From Bacteroidota bacterium (GTDB lineage Bacteria > Bacteroidota > Bacteroidia > JAADEI01 > JALVCQ01): a stretch of 41,399 nucleotides of DNA. The notes beneath the pieces are model-generated. The model worked only from the letters and a program-made list of their open reading frames with translations. It searched no databases and had not been told where the DNA came from. Below, in pieces: positions 26,692-36,151 of this stretch (positions within the stretch are counted from its first letter, which is position 1; the number at the start of each line of letters is the position of its first letter). Made by a program: the position numbers and the translations under genes. The stretch covers positions 1-41,399 of the forward strand of contig JALVCQ010000036.1 of assembly GCA_027009805.1 (NCBI GenBank), in the 5' to 3' direction.

Positions 26692-28992
26692 TTATCCCGC
26701 CCGTTCACGCCGCAACGCCGCCAACAGTGAGGGCAACAACAACAAGTTGGCGATATAGGCCATCAACATTGCCAGGGCCACGAGCTGGCCGAGGATTTTA
26801 ATTCCGCCGAAAGAAGAAAACATAAAAATCGAGAAACCGATGATGAGCACGAGGGAGGTGTAGGTCATGCTTCGCGCCGTTTCAGCGAATGCCACCCTGA
26901 CCAGCCCCGGCGCCGCCATGCGGCGGTAGCGCATCTCGTGCCGATAACGGGCCAGAAAGTGAAGGGCGTCGTCCACACCAATTCCCAGCGAAATACTGAA
27001 CACCACAATCGAAGAGGCATTCAAGGGAATTCCAAACAGCCCCATCATGCCGGCCACCCACAACAACGGCAACAGGTTGGCCGTCAACACCACCGCAATA
27101 ATGCGCCGGTTCCGAAACAACCACCCCAGCAGCAGCGCAATCAACACCACCGCCAGGACCACGCTGGTACCCAGACTGTTCAACAGATAACGGGTGTTTC
27201 GCTGAAACAGCACGCTGAGTCCGCTGAACGAAATGTCCTTAAAGGCAGCCCGCAACGACGGCGTGATCGCCCGGTCCAGCTGACGAATCAGCATCTTAAT
27301 ATGACGGCTGCCGATGTCCGGAATCCAGCCGAGAATACGCACCATCGTGGCGCCCGACGAGATGAGCGGAAAGGTTTGCAGCGAGTCGCGGCTGTGCAAA
27401 CTCCGCTGCAGATAACCCACCAGAAAGGGCCATTCCCGTCCTGTGGGCAGCGAATAGCGCGCCGGATTGCCGTTGTAATAGACCTGCCGGAGATATTTCA
27501 CCAGGTTGGCCGGCGAGAAAGCCCGCCTAATCTCCGGGCGTTGCGCCATCACCTGCTGGATGGAATCCACCTTGCGCCACGTCTCCAATCGCCGAAGCTG
27601 CGAGTTGTCTTTCAGCCGCACCAACACGTCAAAAGAAAACACCCCACCGATGCGCTGCTCGATGTGTTGAAAGTCATGATACACATCACTGGCATGGGGC
27701 ACATTGTCCATAAAACGGCTGACCACCTTCATCCGGCTCACCCCATAAATTGATAACAACGTCATTACCCCTACGCCTCCCCACAGCAGGTGCCGGCGGG
27801 CGAAGATGAGTACCTGAAACCGGTGCAACACCCACCGCATCACCGGATTGTCCAGATACTGCGTCTTCCGCTCGGAAGGCGCCGGAAAGATCATAAAGAA
27901 AATCGGCAACAACACCAACGACACCACATACAGTAAAAAGATGTCGATGGCGGCCACCCGGCCGAACTCCCGCAGGATAGGGCTGTCCACCAATCCCAGC
28001 ACGCCGAACCCCACCGCCGTGGTCAGATTGGTCATCAACATCACCGGCCCGATCTTCTCGACCGTGCGCACCAGCGCCTGCCGCTTGCTGCGGAATTTGC
28101 GAAACTCCAGGTGATAACGGTTCAGAAAATAAATGAAGTTGGGTACGGCTATCACCGACACCACCGGCGGCACCAGGCTGATCAGCAACGTAATTCGATA
28201 GTCCATGATCACCAGCGTGGCCGCCATAAAGACCACCATCACTCCCATGACCACCAGCGGTATCACCACGTTGTAAAAACTGCGGAAAAAGGCCGTCAGC
28301 ACGATAACCGTCACCAACAGAGAAAGAAAGAGAAAAAGGAAAAGGTCATTGCGGATGGTCTGGGCCATCACCGTCCGGATGTAGGGCGTGCCCGACAGAT
28401 AGATAGCCGATCCCGTATGCACCTCGAACCAAGCGGCCTTCTCCCGAATCGCCCGAATCAACGACTCGCGGGCCTTGCTGTAAATCACCGATGAGTCTAA
28501 CCGCAACACGTAAATGAAAGCCGCCAGATCGGGCGTGTAAAAAACGCTTTGATACAGCGGGAGCTTCAAAAGCGAGCGGGCGAACCGGGCCGAATCGTAA
28601 CCGGCGGGCCCGCTCCACAACGGAACCACCCGAAACCGCCGACGAAGGGCGTCTTTCTTTAAGACCTTCAACGAAAACACCGACACCACCCCCGCCACTC
28701 CGGAAATGCGCTCCAACTGCTGATGAAGCCGGTGCCACTGGGTAATCCTCTCCGCCGACAGAAAGCCCGAATCCTCCACCACCAAGACCATGTCGGTCTC
28801 TTCCTGACCGAAAGAGTCCCGAAGCGCCAGATACTCCCGATAGACCGAATCGGTGGGCGGCACCACCTGCGGGAAGCTATATGAAAGCGCCACGTGGCGG
28901 CCCACCCACGCCGCCGCCAGCGTCAACACCACAACAGCCCCCAATAAAAGCCGGCGATAGTCAAGAATAAACGCCCCCAGCCGCCGCCACAT
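26692..28992 (-). CDS. MMPL/RND-superfamily (SSD-type) exporter
   Basis: 766 aa in two halves, each with one TM, a large loop and a 5-TM bundle. This is the typical MMPL/HpnN-like architecture. Confidence 0.8.
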   Translation of the reverse strand: MWRRLGAFILDYRRLLLGAVVVLTLAAAWVGRHVALSYSFPQVVPPTDSVYREYLALRDSFGQEETDMVLVVEDSGFLSAERITQWHRLHQQLERISGVAGVVSVFSLKVLKKDALRRRFRVVPLWSGPAGYDSARFARSLLKLPLYQSVFYTPDLAAFIYVLRLDSSVIYSKARESLIRAIREKAAWFEVHTGSAIYLSGTPYIRTVMAQTIRNDLFLFLFLSLLVTVIVLTAFFRSFYNVVIPLVVMGVMVVFMAATLVIMDYRITLLISLVPPVVSVIAVPNFIYFLNRYHLEFRKFRSKRQALVRTVEKIGPVMLMTNLTTAVGFGVLGLVDSPILREFGRVAAIDIFLLYVVSLVLLPIFFMIFPAPSERKTQYLDNPVMRWVLHRFQVLIFARRHLLWGGVGVMTLLSIYGVSRMKVVSRFMDNVPHASDVYHDFQHIEQRIGGVFSFDVLVRLKDNSQLRRLETWRKVDSIQQVMAQRPEIRRAFSPANLVKYLRQVYYNGNPARYSLPTGREWPFLVGYLQRSLHSRDSLQTFPLISSGATMVRILGWIPDIGSRHIKMLIRQLDRAITPSLRAAFKDISFSGLSVLFQRNTRYLLNSLGTSVVLAVVLIALLLGWLFRNRRIIAVVLTANLLPLLWVAGMMGLFGIPLNASSIVVFSISLGIGVDDALHFLARYRHEMRYRRMAAPGLVRVAFAETARSMTYTSLVLIIGFSIFMFSSFGGIKILGQLVALAMLMAYIANLLLLPSLLAALRRERAG

Positions 28993-29049
28993 GCCCGCTG
29001 CGTTATCGATTAAGCCGGCTGTCCCGCCGATTATCGCCGCCCGGGCGCG

Positions 29050-31065
29050 CTACTCTTCCGAAGCCGCGTCTTCCGACTCGCCGGCGGAATCCGACGCTTC
29101 ATCGGAAGATTCCGGCGTATCATCCCCCGCATCGGCGGACGGTTCGGCGTCGGCTTGCAACAGCTTTTTAAGGTCGTCCAGATCGTCCAGTTCTTCCGCA
29201 ACCATCGATTTGCGGCTTTTCTTCCGCATCTTCTTCAACGTTTCCTGGACCTCTTTCTCCTGTTGCTTCGATTGCGCATCGGCCATCTCCCGGTCCTGTT
29301 TGCGCTTCGAGCGCCACACCGCCGAGTGAGAGATGAAAATGCGACGATCTTCCGAATTGACGTCTTCCACCATAAAGGGAAGCACCTCCCCTTCCTTCGG
29401 ATAGGTGCGATCTTCCTTCATCAGCCGATTACGCGGGCAGAACACCTGAAGGCCGTGCGGAAGCTCCACAATCGCCCCCTCATCCTTAAAGCGCAAAATC
29501 TTGCCCTCGTGAATGCTGCCTTCTTCAAACTCGGCTTCGATCTGATTCCACGAATCGTCTTCAAGCTGCTTATGACCCAAGCGGATTTGATGTTTTTCCG
29601 GATTGACTTCCAGCACCACCACTTCCACCTCATCGCCCGGCTTGGCAAACTCCCGCGGATGGGCGTAATACTTAAAGTAAGAAAAGTCTGACACGTGCAG
29701 ATACCCTTCGATGCCGTCTTCCAGCTCGATGATCAGCCCGTAAGGCGTAATCCGCCGCACCACGCCTTTATGCCGCGAGCCCACCGGATAGCGTTCTTCG
29801 ATGTGTTCCCAGGGATTTTCCAGCAACGGCTTGCGAGAAAGTTTCAGCCGCCGGTTTTCTTTGTCAAATTCGATCACCTGCACCTCCACCTCATCGCCCA
29901 CCTTGACGTATTCATGCGCCGGCCGCGGCGTCGATGACCACGACATATCGTTCACGTGCAGCAACCCCTGCACCCCCGGCAACACTTCCACATAAGCACC
30001 GTAGTCTTCCACCCGCACGACTTTGCCTTTCACCACCGTGCCGACGCCGAAGTCCTCCGGCAGCCGTTCCCACGGCGGCGTTTCCAGTTGCTTCCGGCCC
30101 AGCGACACCCGATTTTTGTCCAGATCATAATCCAACACCACCACCCTAATCTTATCCCCCTCTTTGAGGCCCGACTCCGAAGGATGCGTGATGTTTTCCC
30201 ACGTCAGATCGCCGATGTGAATCATACCGCTGATGCCGCCCAGGTCCACAAACACGCCGAAGGAGGTGATATTTTTCACCTCCCCTTCCAGCACCTCGCC
30301 CACTTTCAGATGGCTCAGCAGCTCCCGCTTCCGTTTTTCAAGTTCTTCTTCGATGATGGCCTTGTGCGACACCACGATGTTGCGGTAAGCCGGATTGAGC
30401 TTCACCACTTTCAGGTCCATCGTCTGCCCCACAAAGGCGTCGTAGTCTTTGATGGGCTTGACGTCAAGCTGCGACCCCGGCAAGAAAGCATACAGCCCGC
30501 CGATGTTCACGGCCATGCCGCCTTTGGTGCGGCTCTCTACGTGTCCCTGAATGATTTTGCCCGTCTCGTAAGCTTCCACAATCTCTTCCCACGCCTTCTC
30601 CTTGCGGGCTTTCTTATAGGAGAGCTGAAGCTGCCCTTTGTTATCTTCCAGCGACTCGATATAGACATACACCTCGTCGCCCGGCTTCAAGTCTTTGATG
30701 TCCTTAAATTCATTCAACGGAATGATGCCGTTGGCCTTATAGCCGATGTCCAGCACCACGTCCTTTTCGGTGATGGTAATCACCTTCCCCTTCACGATTT
30801 GCCCTTTTTCCAGCAGGTTAATGTTCTGGTCGTAAAGGGCGCTCAGTCCTTTGCGTTGTTCTTCGGGATATTCGGTTTCGTCTTCGTTATATCCCTCCCA
30901 GTCAAAGTCATCGGTGGGCTCGGCCCGTCGGATTTCCATTCCGCCCTCGGCGTCTTCCACCACGGCCGCCACCGGTTCGGCCTGCGCAGCCGCTTCGCCG
31001 GCTTCCTGCGATGCTTCCGGCGCCGTCGGTTCCTGCGGCTGAAGGTTTTCCTTTTCCTCGACCAT
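29050..31065 (-). CDS. rpsA: 30S ribosomal protein S1
   Basis: 671 aa with six S1 (OB) domains (repeated G.V.G.V...GA.V pattern). It has an acidic low-complexity N-terminal extension and a K/E/D/S-rich C-terminal tail. Confidence 0.93.
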   Translation of the reverse strand: MVEEKENLQPQEPTAPEASQEAGEAAAQAEPVAAVVEDAEGGMEIRRAEPTDDFDWEGYNEDETEYPEEQRKGLSALYDQNINLLEKGQIVKGKVITITEKDVVLDIGYKANGIIPLNEFKDIKDLKPGDEVYVYIESLEDNKGQLQLSYKKARKEKAWEEIVEAYETGKIIQGHVESRTKGGMAVNIGGLYAFLPGSQLDVKPIKDYDAFVGQTMDLKVVKLNPAYRNIVVSHKAIIEEELEKRKRELLSHLKVGEVLEGEVKNITSFGVFVDLGGISGMIHIGDLTWENITHPSESGLKEGDKIRVVVLDYDLDKNRVSLGRKQLETPPWERLPEDFGVGTVVKGKVVRVEDYGAYVEVLPGVQGLLHVNDMSWSSTPRPAHEYVKVGDEVEVQVIEFDKENRRLKLSRKPLLENPWEHIEERYPVGSRHKGVVRRITPYGLIIELEDGIEGYLHVSDFSYFKYYAHPREFAKPGDEVEVVVLEVNPEKHQIRLGHKQLEDDSWNQIEAEFEEGSIHEGKILRFKDEGAIVELPHGLQVFCPRNRLMKEDRTYPKEGEVLPFMVEDVNSEDRRIFISHSAVWRSKRKQDREMADAQSKQQEKEVQETLKKMRKKSRKSMVAEELDDLDDLKKLLQADAEPSADAGDDTPESSDEASDSAGESEDAASEE

Positions 31066-31097
31066 ATGCCTGAATTAAAGTTGCTTTTTGAGGGCGG

Positions 31098-31105
31098 CAA
31101 ACTTA
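31098..31105 (-). promoter_or_regulatory. Candidate -7 box TAAGTTTG upstream of rpsA
   Basis: The reverse complement of caaactta is a perfect TAnnTTTG match followed by CCGCCC. 32 nt separate the box from the rpsA ATG. Confidence 0.4.
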
Positions 31106-31149
31106 CCTAAAAATTTATTAGCACAGGCCGCTGATGAATGAATGTTTTT

Positions 31150-31335
31150 GGGCGTGTCCCTTCGGGCTCGCTGTTCGCTCGGCCCGCCCACCATCCCACC
31201 CCACACCCTGCGCCACCCGCGCGGCTTCGACTCCGCTCAGCCAGCGGGTGTTTCCCACGGGCGGCGGTCCCTGAGCTTGTCGAAGGGCGGTCCGCCTCGC
31301 CGACACGGCTCGGCGCCCTCCGGGCCCCTCACGCG
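31150..31335 (+). repeat. GC-rich mosaic intergenic repeat, copy C
   Basis: 31305-31335 is identical to 180-210. 31150-31165 and 31225-31240 match the reverse complements of 15133-15148 and 15099-15114. The 3' end overlaps the murE stop codon (31329-31331). Confidence 0.8.
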
Positions 31336-32795
31336 TTCGACCCGCCGCCCCACGCCCGGATGACCGCCCGATCGTCGAAGGGATGGCGCACGCCCGCCAC
31401 TTCCTGATAGGTCTCGTGCCCCTTCCCCGCCACCAGGATGATGTCATCCGGTGCCGCCAATGCCAGCGCCATATGGATGGCTTCCCGCCGGTCGGGCTGC
31501 ACGATCACCCGCCGGCGCTGGTCCGCCGACACACCCGCCAGCATCTGCTGAATGATGTGCATCGGATCTTCGCTGCGCGGGTTATCCGACGTCAGGATGA
31601 CCCGATCGGCGCCCCGCACCGCCGCCTGTGCCATCATCGGGCGCTTGCCGGGATCCCGATCGCCGCCGGCGCCCACCACCACCCACAGCTTCCCCCGCTT
31701 CAACGGCGCCAGCGCCGCCAGCGCCTTCGTCAGTGCGTCCGGCGTGTGGGCATAATCAACCACCGCCAGCGGCTGAAAGCGCACCATCTCCATCCGCCCG
31801 GGCGCTCCCCGCGCCGCCGACAACGCCGCCAGCGCCGCATCCGCCTCCACGCCCAACAACCGCAACACCCCATAAGCCGCCATCACATTCGACGCATTAT
31901 ACGCCCCAATCAGCGGAAAATGCACCTCCCGCCCCTCCACCATCATCAACAGCCCCTCCATCGTCTGCGCCAGCAGCCGCCCCCGAAAATCCGCCGCCGC
32001 ATGCAACCCGTAGGTGTGCACCTTTGCCCGCGTATTCTGCGCCATCACCGACCAGCGCCGGTCATCCGCATTCAACAGGGCAAAAGCCGAGGATGCCAGA
32101 CTGTCGAAGAGGCGCTTTTTGGTAAAGATATAGTCCCGCATCGAGGGATGATAGTCCAGATGGTCGCGGCTGATGTTGGTAAACACCGCCCCCCGAAAGC
32201 CGATGCCCGCTGTGCGGGCCTGGTCGAGGGCGTGCGAACTCACCTCCATAAACACATACCGCACGCCCGCATCCGCCATCCGGCGCAACGCCCCGAACAG
32301 GGTCACGGGGTCGGGGGTGGTGGTGATGGTGGGCTCGTGACGACCGCCCCACTGGATGCCCAGCGTCCCGATGGAACCCGCCGCCGTGCCCATCTGCTCA
32401 GCGGCCTGCCGCAACAGCGTGGCCACGGTCGTCTTGCCGTTGGTCCCCGTAATGCCGACCACCGACAGCTCTTCGTCGGGTGCGTCAAAAAATCGGCGCA
32501 CCACCTGTGCCGCCGTTTCCCGCCCGCCTGACATCACCGCCAGCGGCACCTCCGCCGGCACCTCCGCCGGCACCCTTTCCACCAGCAGCGCCGCCGCTCC
32601 CCGCTGCAACGCATCCCCAATGTAGCGGTGCCCATCCGAGACCGTCCCCTTCATGGCAATAAACAGGCCGCCGGGCGCCGTTTGCCGGCTGTCAATCGCC
32701 ACCGAAGTAATCGGGGTCGCCCCTTCTCCTTGCGTGATCTTCACGCCCGCCACACCTTCGAGCAAGGCTTCAAACGTCCAGTTCATTCGGTCCAT
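31329..32795 (-). CDS. murE: UDP-N-acetylmuramoyl-L-alanyl-D-glutamate--2,6-diaminopimelate ligase
   Basis: 488 aa with P-loop GITGTNGKTT and the DNPR motif (TSDNPRSEDP) of meso-DAP-adding MurE. An alternative ATG at 32786 would give an ATGA overlap with the ftsI stop. Confidence 0.93.
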   Translation of the reverse strand: MDRMNWTFEALLEGVAGVKITQGEGATPITSVAIDSRQTAPGGLFIAMKGTVSDGHRYIGDALQRGAAALLVERVPAEVPAEVPLAVMSGGRETAAQVVRRFFDAPDEELSVVGITGTNGKTTVATLLRQAAEQMGTAAGSIGTLGIQWGGRHEPTITTTPDPVTLFGALRRMADAGVRYVFMEVSSHALDQARTAGIGFRGAVFTNISRDHLDYHPSMRDYIFTKKRLFDSLASSAFALLNADDRRWSVMAQNTRAKVHTYGLHAAADFRGRLLAQTMEGLLMMVEGREVHFPLIGAYNASNVMAAYGVLRLLGVEADAALAALSAARGAPGRMEMVRFQPLAVVDYAHTPDALTKALAALAPLKRGKLWVVVGAGGDRDPGKRPMMAQAAVRGADRVILTSDNPRSEDPMHIIQQMLAGVSADQRRRVIVQPDRREAIHMALALAAPDDIILVAGKGHETYQEVAGVRHPFDDRAVIRAWGGGSNA

Positions 32796-34918
32796 AAGAC
32801 TATCTTCCGGCGTGGTCGGACGGGCGTTCCCGGGGGCAACGACTGCGCCGTCACCCGCATGCCGGTGCCGCGGATTTCCGTTTTCAGGCCCAGCCCTTCC
32901 ACCATATACACCGCATCGGCCACCGGCAGTCCCTTCACGTTGGGCACATCCCGCCGAAGCAAGCGCACCGGCGAGAGGTGCACGGTGTCGTCACTCACCG
33001 CCCGCGTAAAGATCCACTCAGGGGCGGTCGATTCCGGCTCCTCATAGACCAGCCCCCAGCGGCGGGCCCACGTCTCAAACGCCGTCATCGGCAGCTTTTT
33101 CCGATCGACCCAACGAGCGGGACGATGTGGCGGAACCGACCGACGGGACGGCACTTCAAATATCATCTGCAAATACATCTTTTCGGCAATCTCCCGCAAA
33201 ATGGGCGCCGCCACCGATCCGCCCGAATGAAAGCCGTTTTGCGGGTCGTTGATCACCACAATGGCCGTATATTTAGGCGCTTCCGCAGGGAAAAAGCCCA
33301 CAAAAGACGCCCGAAACCGATCACGCTGATAGCGGCCTTCTTTATACAACCATACCGTGCCTGTTTTTCCCCCGATGGGGACTTTTCCCCGCCGAATGCC
33401 CCGGGCGGTGCCATGCCGGACCACCTCCTCCATCAACGTCTTGATCGTGTCGATCAACGCCCGAGACGCCATCTTCGCCACGCGCGTCTGCGGTTCTATT
33501 TCCGTGCGGTCGCCGTCGGGTTCGATGATCGCCTCGACAAAGCGCGGCTTGACCATCCGACCGCCATTTACCACACCGTTGTAGAGGGTAAGAATCTGAA
33601 GCGGTGTGAGCTTTAACCCGTAGCCAAATGCCAGCCAGGGCAGTGTGGTGCCGCTCCAGCGCTTGTCTTCAGGCGTAGGGATAAACGGGCGGGCTTCGCC
33701 CGGGACGGCCGCGCCCAGCGGCTCGTGCAATTTCAGGGCCCGCAGTTGTTGGAGAAAACGCTCCGGGTTCTCACCGTAGAGTTCATAAGCCCAACGCCCA
33801 AAAGCGACGTTCGACGAGTAAATAAAGGCTTCCCGCAGGGAAATGTATCCGTGCGGCACCTGAGCACCGTCCCGAATGGTGCGGTCATATATTCGAAAGC
33901 GCCCGCCGTCCACGTCAATCGAGTCGGAGGGCCGCAGGTCTTTATCTTTCATCAGCACCAGCAGCGTGGCCAGCTTAATGGTCGAGCCGGGTTCGACGGC
34001 TTCGCCGATGGCGTAGTTGCGGTCGTCCCAGTATTGATCGGAGGGTTTGCGGGTCAGGTTGGCCAGCGCCCGCACCGCTCCCGTGGCGGTTTCCATGACC
34101 ACCACCGACCCCCATTCCGCCCGGTGACGAATCATGCCGCGCAGCAGCGCCTGTTCGGCAATCCGCTGAATCCGATAATCAAGGGTGCTCTGGACCGTAG
34201 CCCCCATCATGGGTTCCACCACATAGCCGCCGTCCACCGGCACCCACACGCCGCCGTAGGTTTTTTTCATCCGCTGCGTCCCATGACTGCCGGCCAGATA
34301 GGCATCGTAGCCGCCTTCGATACCCACCTTCACGTCATTGCGCACATATCCAATCACCCGATCGGCGATGCCGTACACGTTCAATCGGCGATAGCGGGGC
34401 ACCCGAATCAGCCCGACAATGTAGTTGCGGGTTTGGTGCCGGAACAGCGGAAACGTGCGCACCACCTGCCAATCCCGATAAGAGATGCCCTTTTTAATCG
34501 GGAAGTAGCGATGCCGCTGGCGATACCCCTTTTCCAACAACCGTTTGTATTCACCCGCTGTTCGATCCTCAAAATAATTGGAGAGCGCTCGGGCAAGCGC
34601 ATCAACCTCTGAACGAAAGATACGGTTGGTCAGGCCTTCCGCGCCGAAGTCAAAGTAAATGTCATAGATGGGCACCGATGTGACCAACAGCCGCCCGTTG
34701 CAATCGAGAATATCACCTCTGACAGCTTCCACAGGCCGTTCCTGCACCGTATAAGCCTTTGCATAACGGGCGGCCTTGGAATGAAAAAATTGGATAGACA
34801 GCACCCGAACCACCGTCAACGAAAACAACAACAATATGATAAGGGCGACCAAGATTCGTCTCCACGCCGACCGAATCAAGGCTCCCGGAGACTTCGAAGA
34901 CGGTTCTACATTCGTCAT
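32783..34918 (-). CDS. ftsI: Penicillin-binding protein FtsI/PBP3-type transpeptidase with a C-terminal PASTA domain
   Basis: The track start is GTG at 34921, and an ATG lies at 34918. It has an N-terminal TM anchor and the motifs STIK, SSN and KTG(T). The C-terminal stretch from about VPNVKGLPVADAVYMVEGLGL is PASTA-like. Confidence 0.88.
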   Translation of the reverse strand: MTNVEPSSKSPGALIRSAWRRILVALIILLLFSLTVVRVLSIQFFHSKAARYAKAYTVQERPVEAVRGDILDCNGRLLVTSVPIYDIYFDFGAEGLTNRIFRSEVDALARALSNYFEDRTAGEYKRLLEKGYRQRHRYFPIKKGISYRDWQVVRTFPLFRHQTRNYIVGLIRVPRYRRLNVYGIADRVIGYVRNDVKVGIEGGYDAYLAGSHGTQRMKKTYGGVWVPVDGGYVVEPMMGATVQSTLDYRIQRIAEQALLRGMIRHRAEWGSVVVMETATGAVRALANLTRKPSDQYWDDRNYAIGEAVEPGSTIKLATLLVLMKDKDLRPSDSIDVDGGRFRIYDRTIRDGAQVPHGYISLREAFIYSSNVAFGRWAYELYGENPERFLQQLRALKLHEPLGAAVPGEARPFIPTPEDKRWSGTTLPWLAFGYGLKLTPLQILTLYNGVVNGGRMVKPRFVEAIIEPDGDRTEIEPQTRVAKMASRALIDTIKTLMEEVVRHGTARGIRRGKVPIGGKTGTVWLYKEGRYQRDRFRASFVGFFPAEAPKYTAIVVINDPQNGFHSGGSVAAPILREIAEKMYLQMIFEVPSRRSVPPHRPARWVDRKKLPMTAFETWARRWGLVYEEPESTAPEWIFTRAVSDDTVHLSPVRLLRRDVPNVKGLPVADAVYMVEGLGLKTEIRGTGMRVTAQSLPPGTPVRPRRKIVLWTE

Positions 34919-35259
34919 CACTCGCGCCCTTTGGCTTTTTTAATACGCACCGGCGGCTCGTCAGGTTTGACCAGTCCCAGATTCATTTTCCGGGCCTGAT
35001 TCTGAATCTCCTGTTCGGAAGTAGCTTTCAAAAATTCCGAGCGCAGGATGAGATACTCGGCCCGGCGCTCTTCCACTTTTTTGCGCAGCAACAACACCTG
35101 TCGGGCCGTCCGTTCTGCATAAGCCAGATACAACACATACGCCACCAACACCAACACGACGAGGGCCAGACGCCTCGGATGAAGAAGCGCCCGGCGCACC
35201 ATTCCGCCGGCCCATTGCCGGAAAGCCGTCCAGACCGACGTCCCTTTCTTTTCATTCAT
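34918..35259 (-). CDS. ftsL: FtsL-like cell-division protein
   Basis: 113 aa with a single TM helix (LALVVLVLVAYVLYLAYA) followed by a coiled-coil-like segment. The call rests mainly on its position between rsmH and ftsI. Confidence 0.65.
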   Translation of the reverse strand: MNEKKGTSVWTAFRQWAGGMVRRALLHPRRLALVVLVLVAYVLYLAYAERTARQVLLLRKKVEERRAEYLILRSEFLKATSEQEIQNQARKMNLGLVKPDEPPVRIKKAKGRE

Positions 35260-36151
35260 GGGCGCTTACTTTTTCCAACACCCGCATTCGGGCGCTGCGC
35301 GCCCGGGCATTCCGCCGCCGCTCCTCCCACGAAGGACGCACCACGTTTTTCGTTCGCAACCGAATGCCATGCCGACGGGCTGTGTCGGAACGCACAAACG
35401 CCTTGACCACCCGATCTTCCTGCCCCTGAAAGGTGATGAGCACCATGCGGCCGCCCTCGGCCAGCAAAGGCGCCATCCCATCAAGAAAACGGCGCAGGCT
35501 GCCTATCTCATCGTTGACTTCCACCCGCAACGCCTGAAACAGCTGCGAAAGGAACCGAAAAGATTTCATGCTGCGGGGCTTCAACGGCAAGGCCACGTCG
35601 GCCAGTTGTTGCGTGGTGAGGATGGGACGGCCGCGCCGGGCTTCCACGATCCGGGCCGCCACAGCCGCTGCGCGGGGCAGTTCGCCCCACGTCTCCAATA
35701 TGCGCGTGAGGGCTTCTTCCGAATACCGGTTGACCACCTCCGCCGCCGTCAGCGATTGTTGCCGGTCCATCCGCATATCCAGCTCGGCGTCAAAACGGTA
35801 GGAAAATCCGCGACTGCCTTCATCCAACTGATGCGAAGATACGCCCAGGTCCAGCAGCACCCCATGCACCGGCACAAAATCAAGAAATCGGGCAAACTGG
35901 GGTGCATATGCAAAGTTGTGATGAATCAGCACCAGCCGCGGGTCGTCAATGGGATTGTGTGCGACGGCATCGGCATCTCGGTCGAAGGCCAGCAGGCGGC
36001 CTTCGGGCGAGAGCCTTTCGAGCAGCATGCGGCTGTGTCCGCCGCCGCCGAAGGTGCCGTCGATGTAACGGCCCGATGGCTCGGTCAGCCACCAGTTCAG
36101 CGCCGCTTCCGCCAGAATCGGAATGTGATATGTCCCGGCTGTTTTGGGCAT
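35252..36151 (-). CDS. rsmH: 16S rRNA (cytosine1402-N4)-methyltransferase
   Basis: 299 aa with the SAM motif DGTFGGGGHS, DLGVSSHQLD and SLEDR-like FQGQEDRVVK. Confidence 0.93.
   Translation of the reverse strand: MPKTAGTYHIPILAEAALNWWLTEPSGRYIDGTFGGGGHSRMLLERLSPEGRLLAFDRDADAVAHNPIDDPRLVLIHHNFAYAPQFARFLDFVPVHGVLLDLGVSSHQLDEGSRGFSYRFDAELDMRMDRQQSLTAAEVVNRYSEEALTRILETWGELPRAAAVAARIVEARRGRPILTTQQLADVALPLKPRSMKSFRFLSQLFQALRVEVNDEIGSLRRFLDGMAPLLAEGGRMVLITFQGQEDRVVKAFVRSDTARRHGIRLRTKNVVRPSWEERRRNARARSARMRVLEKVSAHE

Noticed and set aside
31150-31335. Interpreting the repeat as a MITE or IS remnant.
   Set aside because: There is no transposase. Only about 5 nt (GCGTG/CACGC) is shared in inverted orientation at the two ends. 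I could see no target-site duplication. The module order differs between copies, which fits REP-like mosaics better.
31329-32795. murE looks more GC-rich than ftsI and its neighbours, which might indicate horizontal replacement.
   Set aside because: This rests only on hand counts of a few 60-nt lines with large scatter. The gene is embedded in overlapping dcw reading frames. It is not robust without a proper windowed GC and codon analysis.
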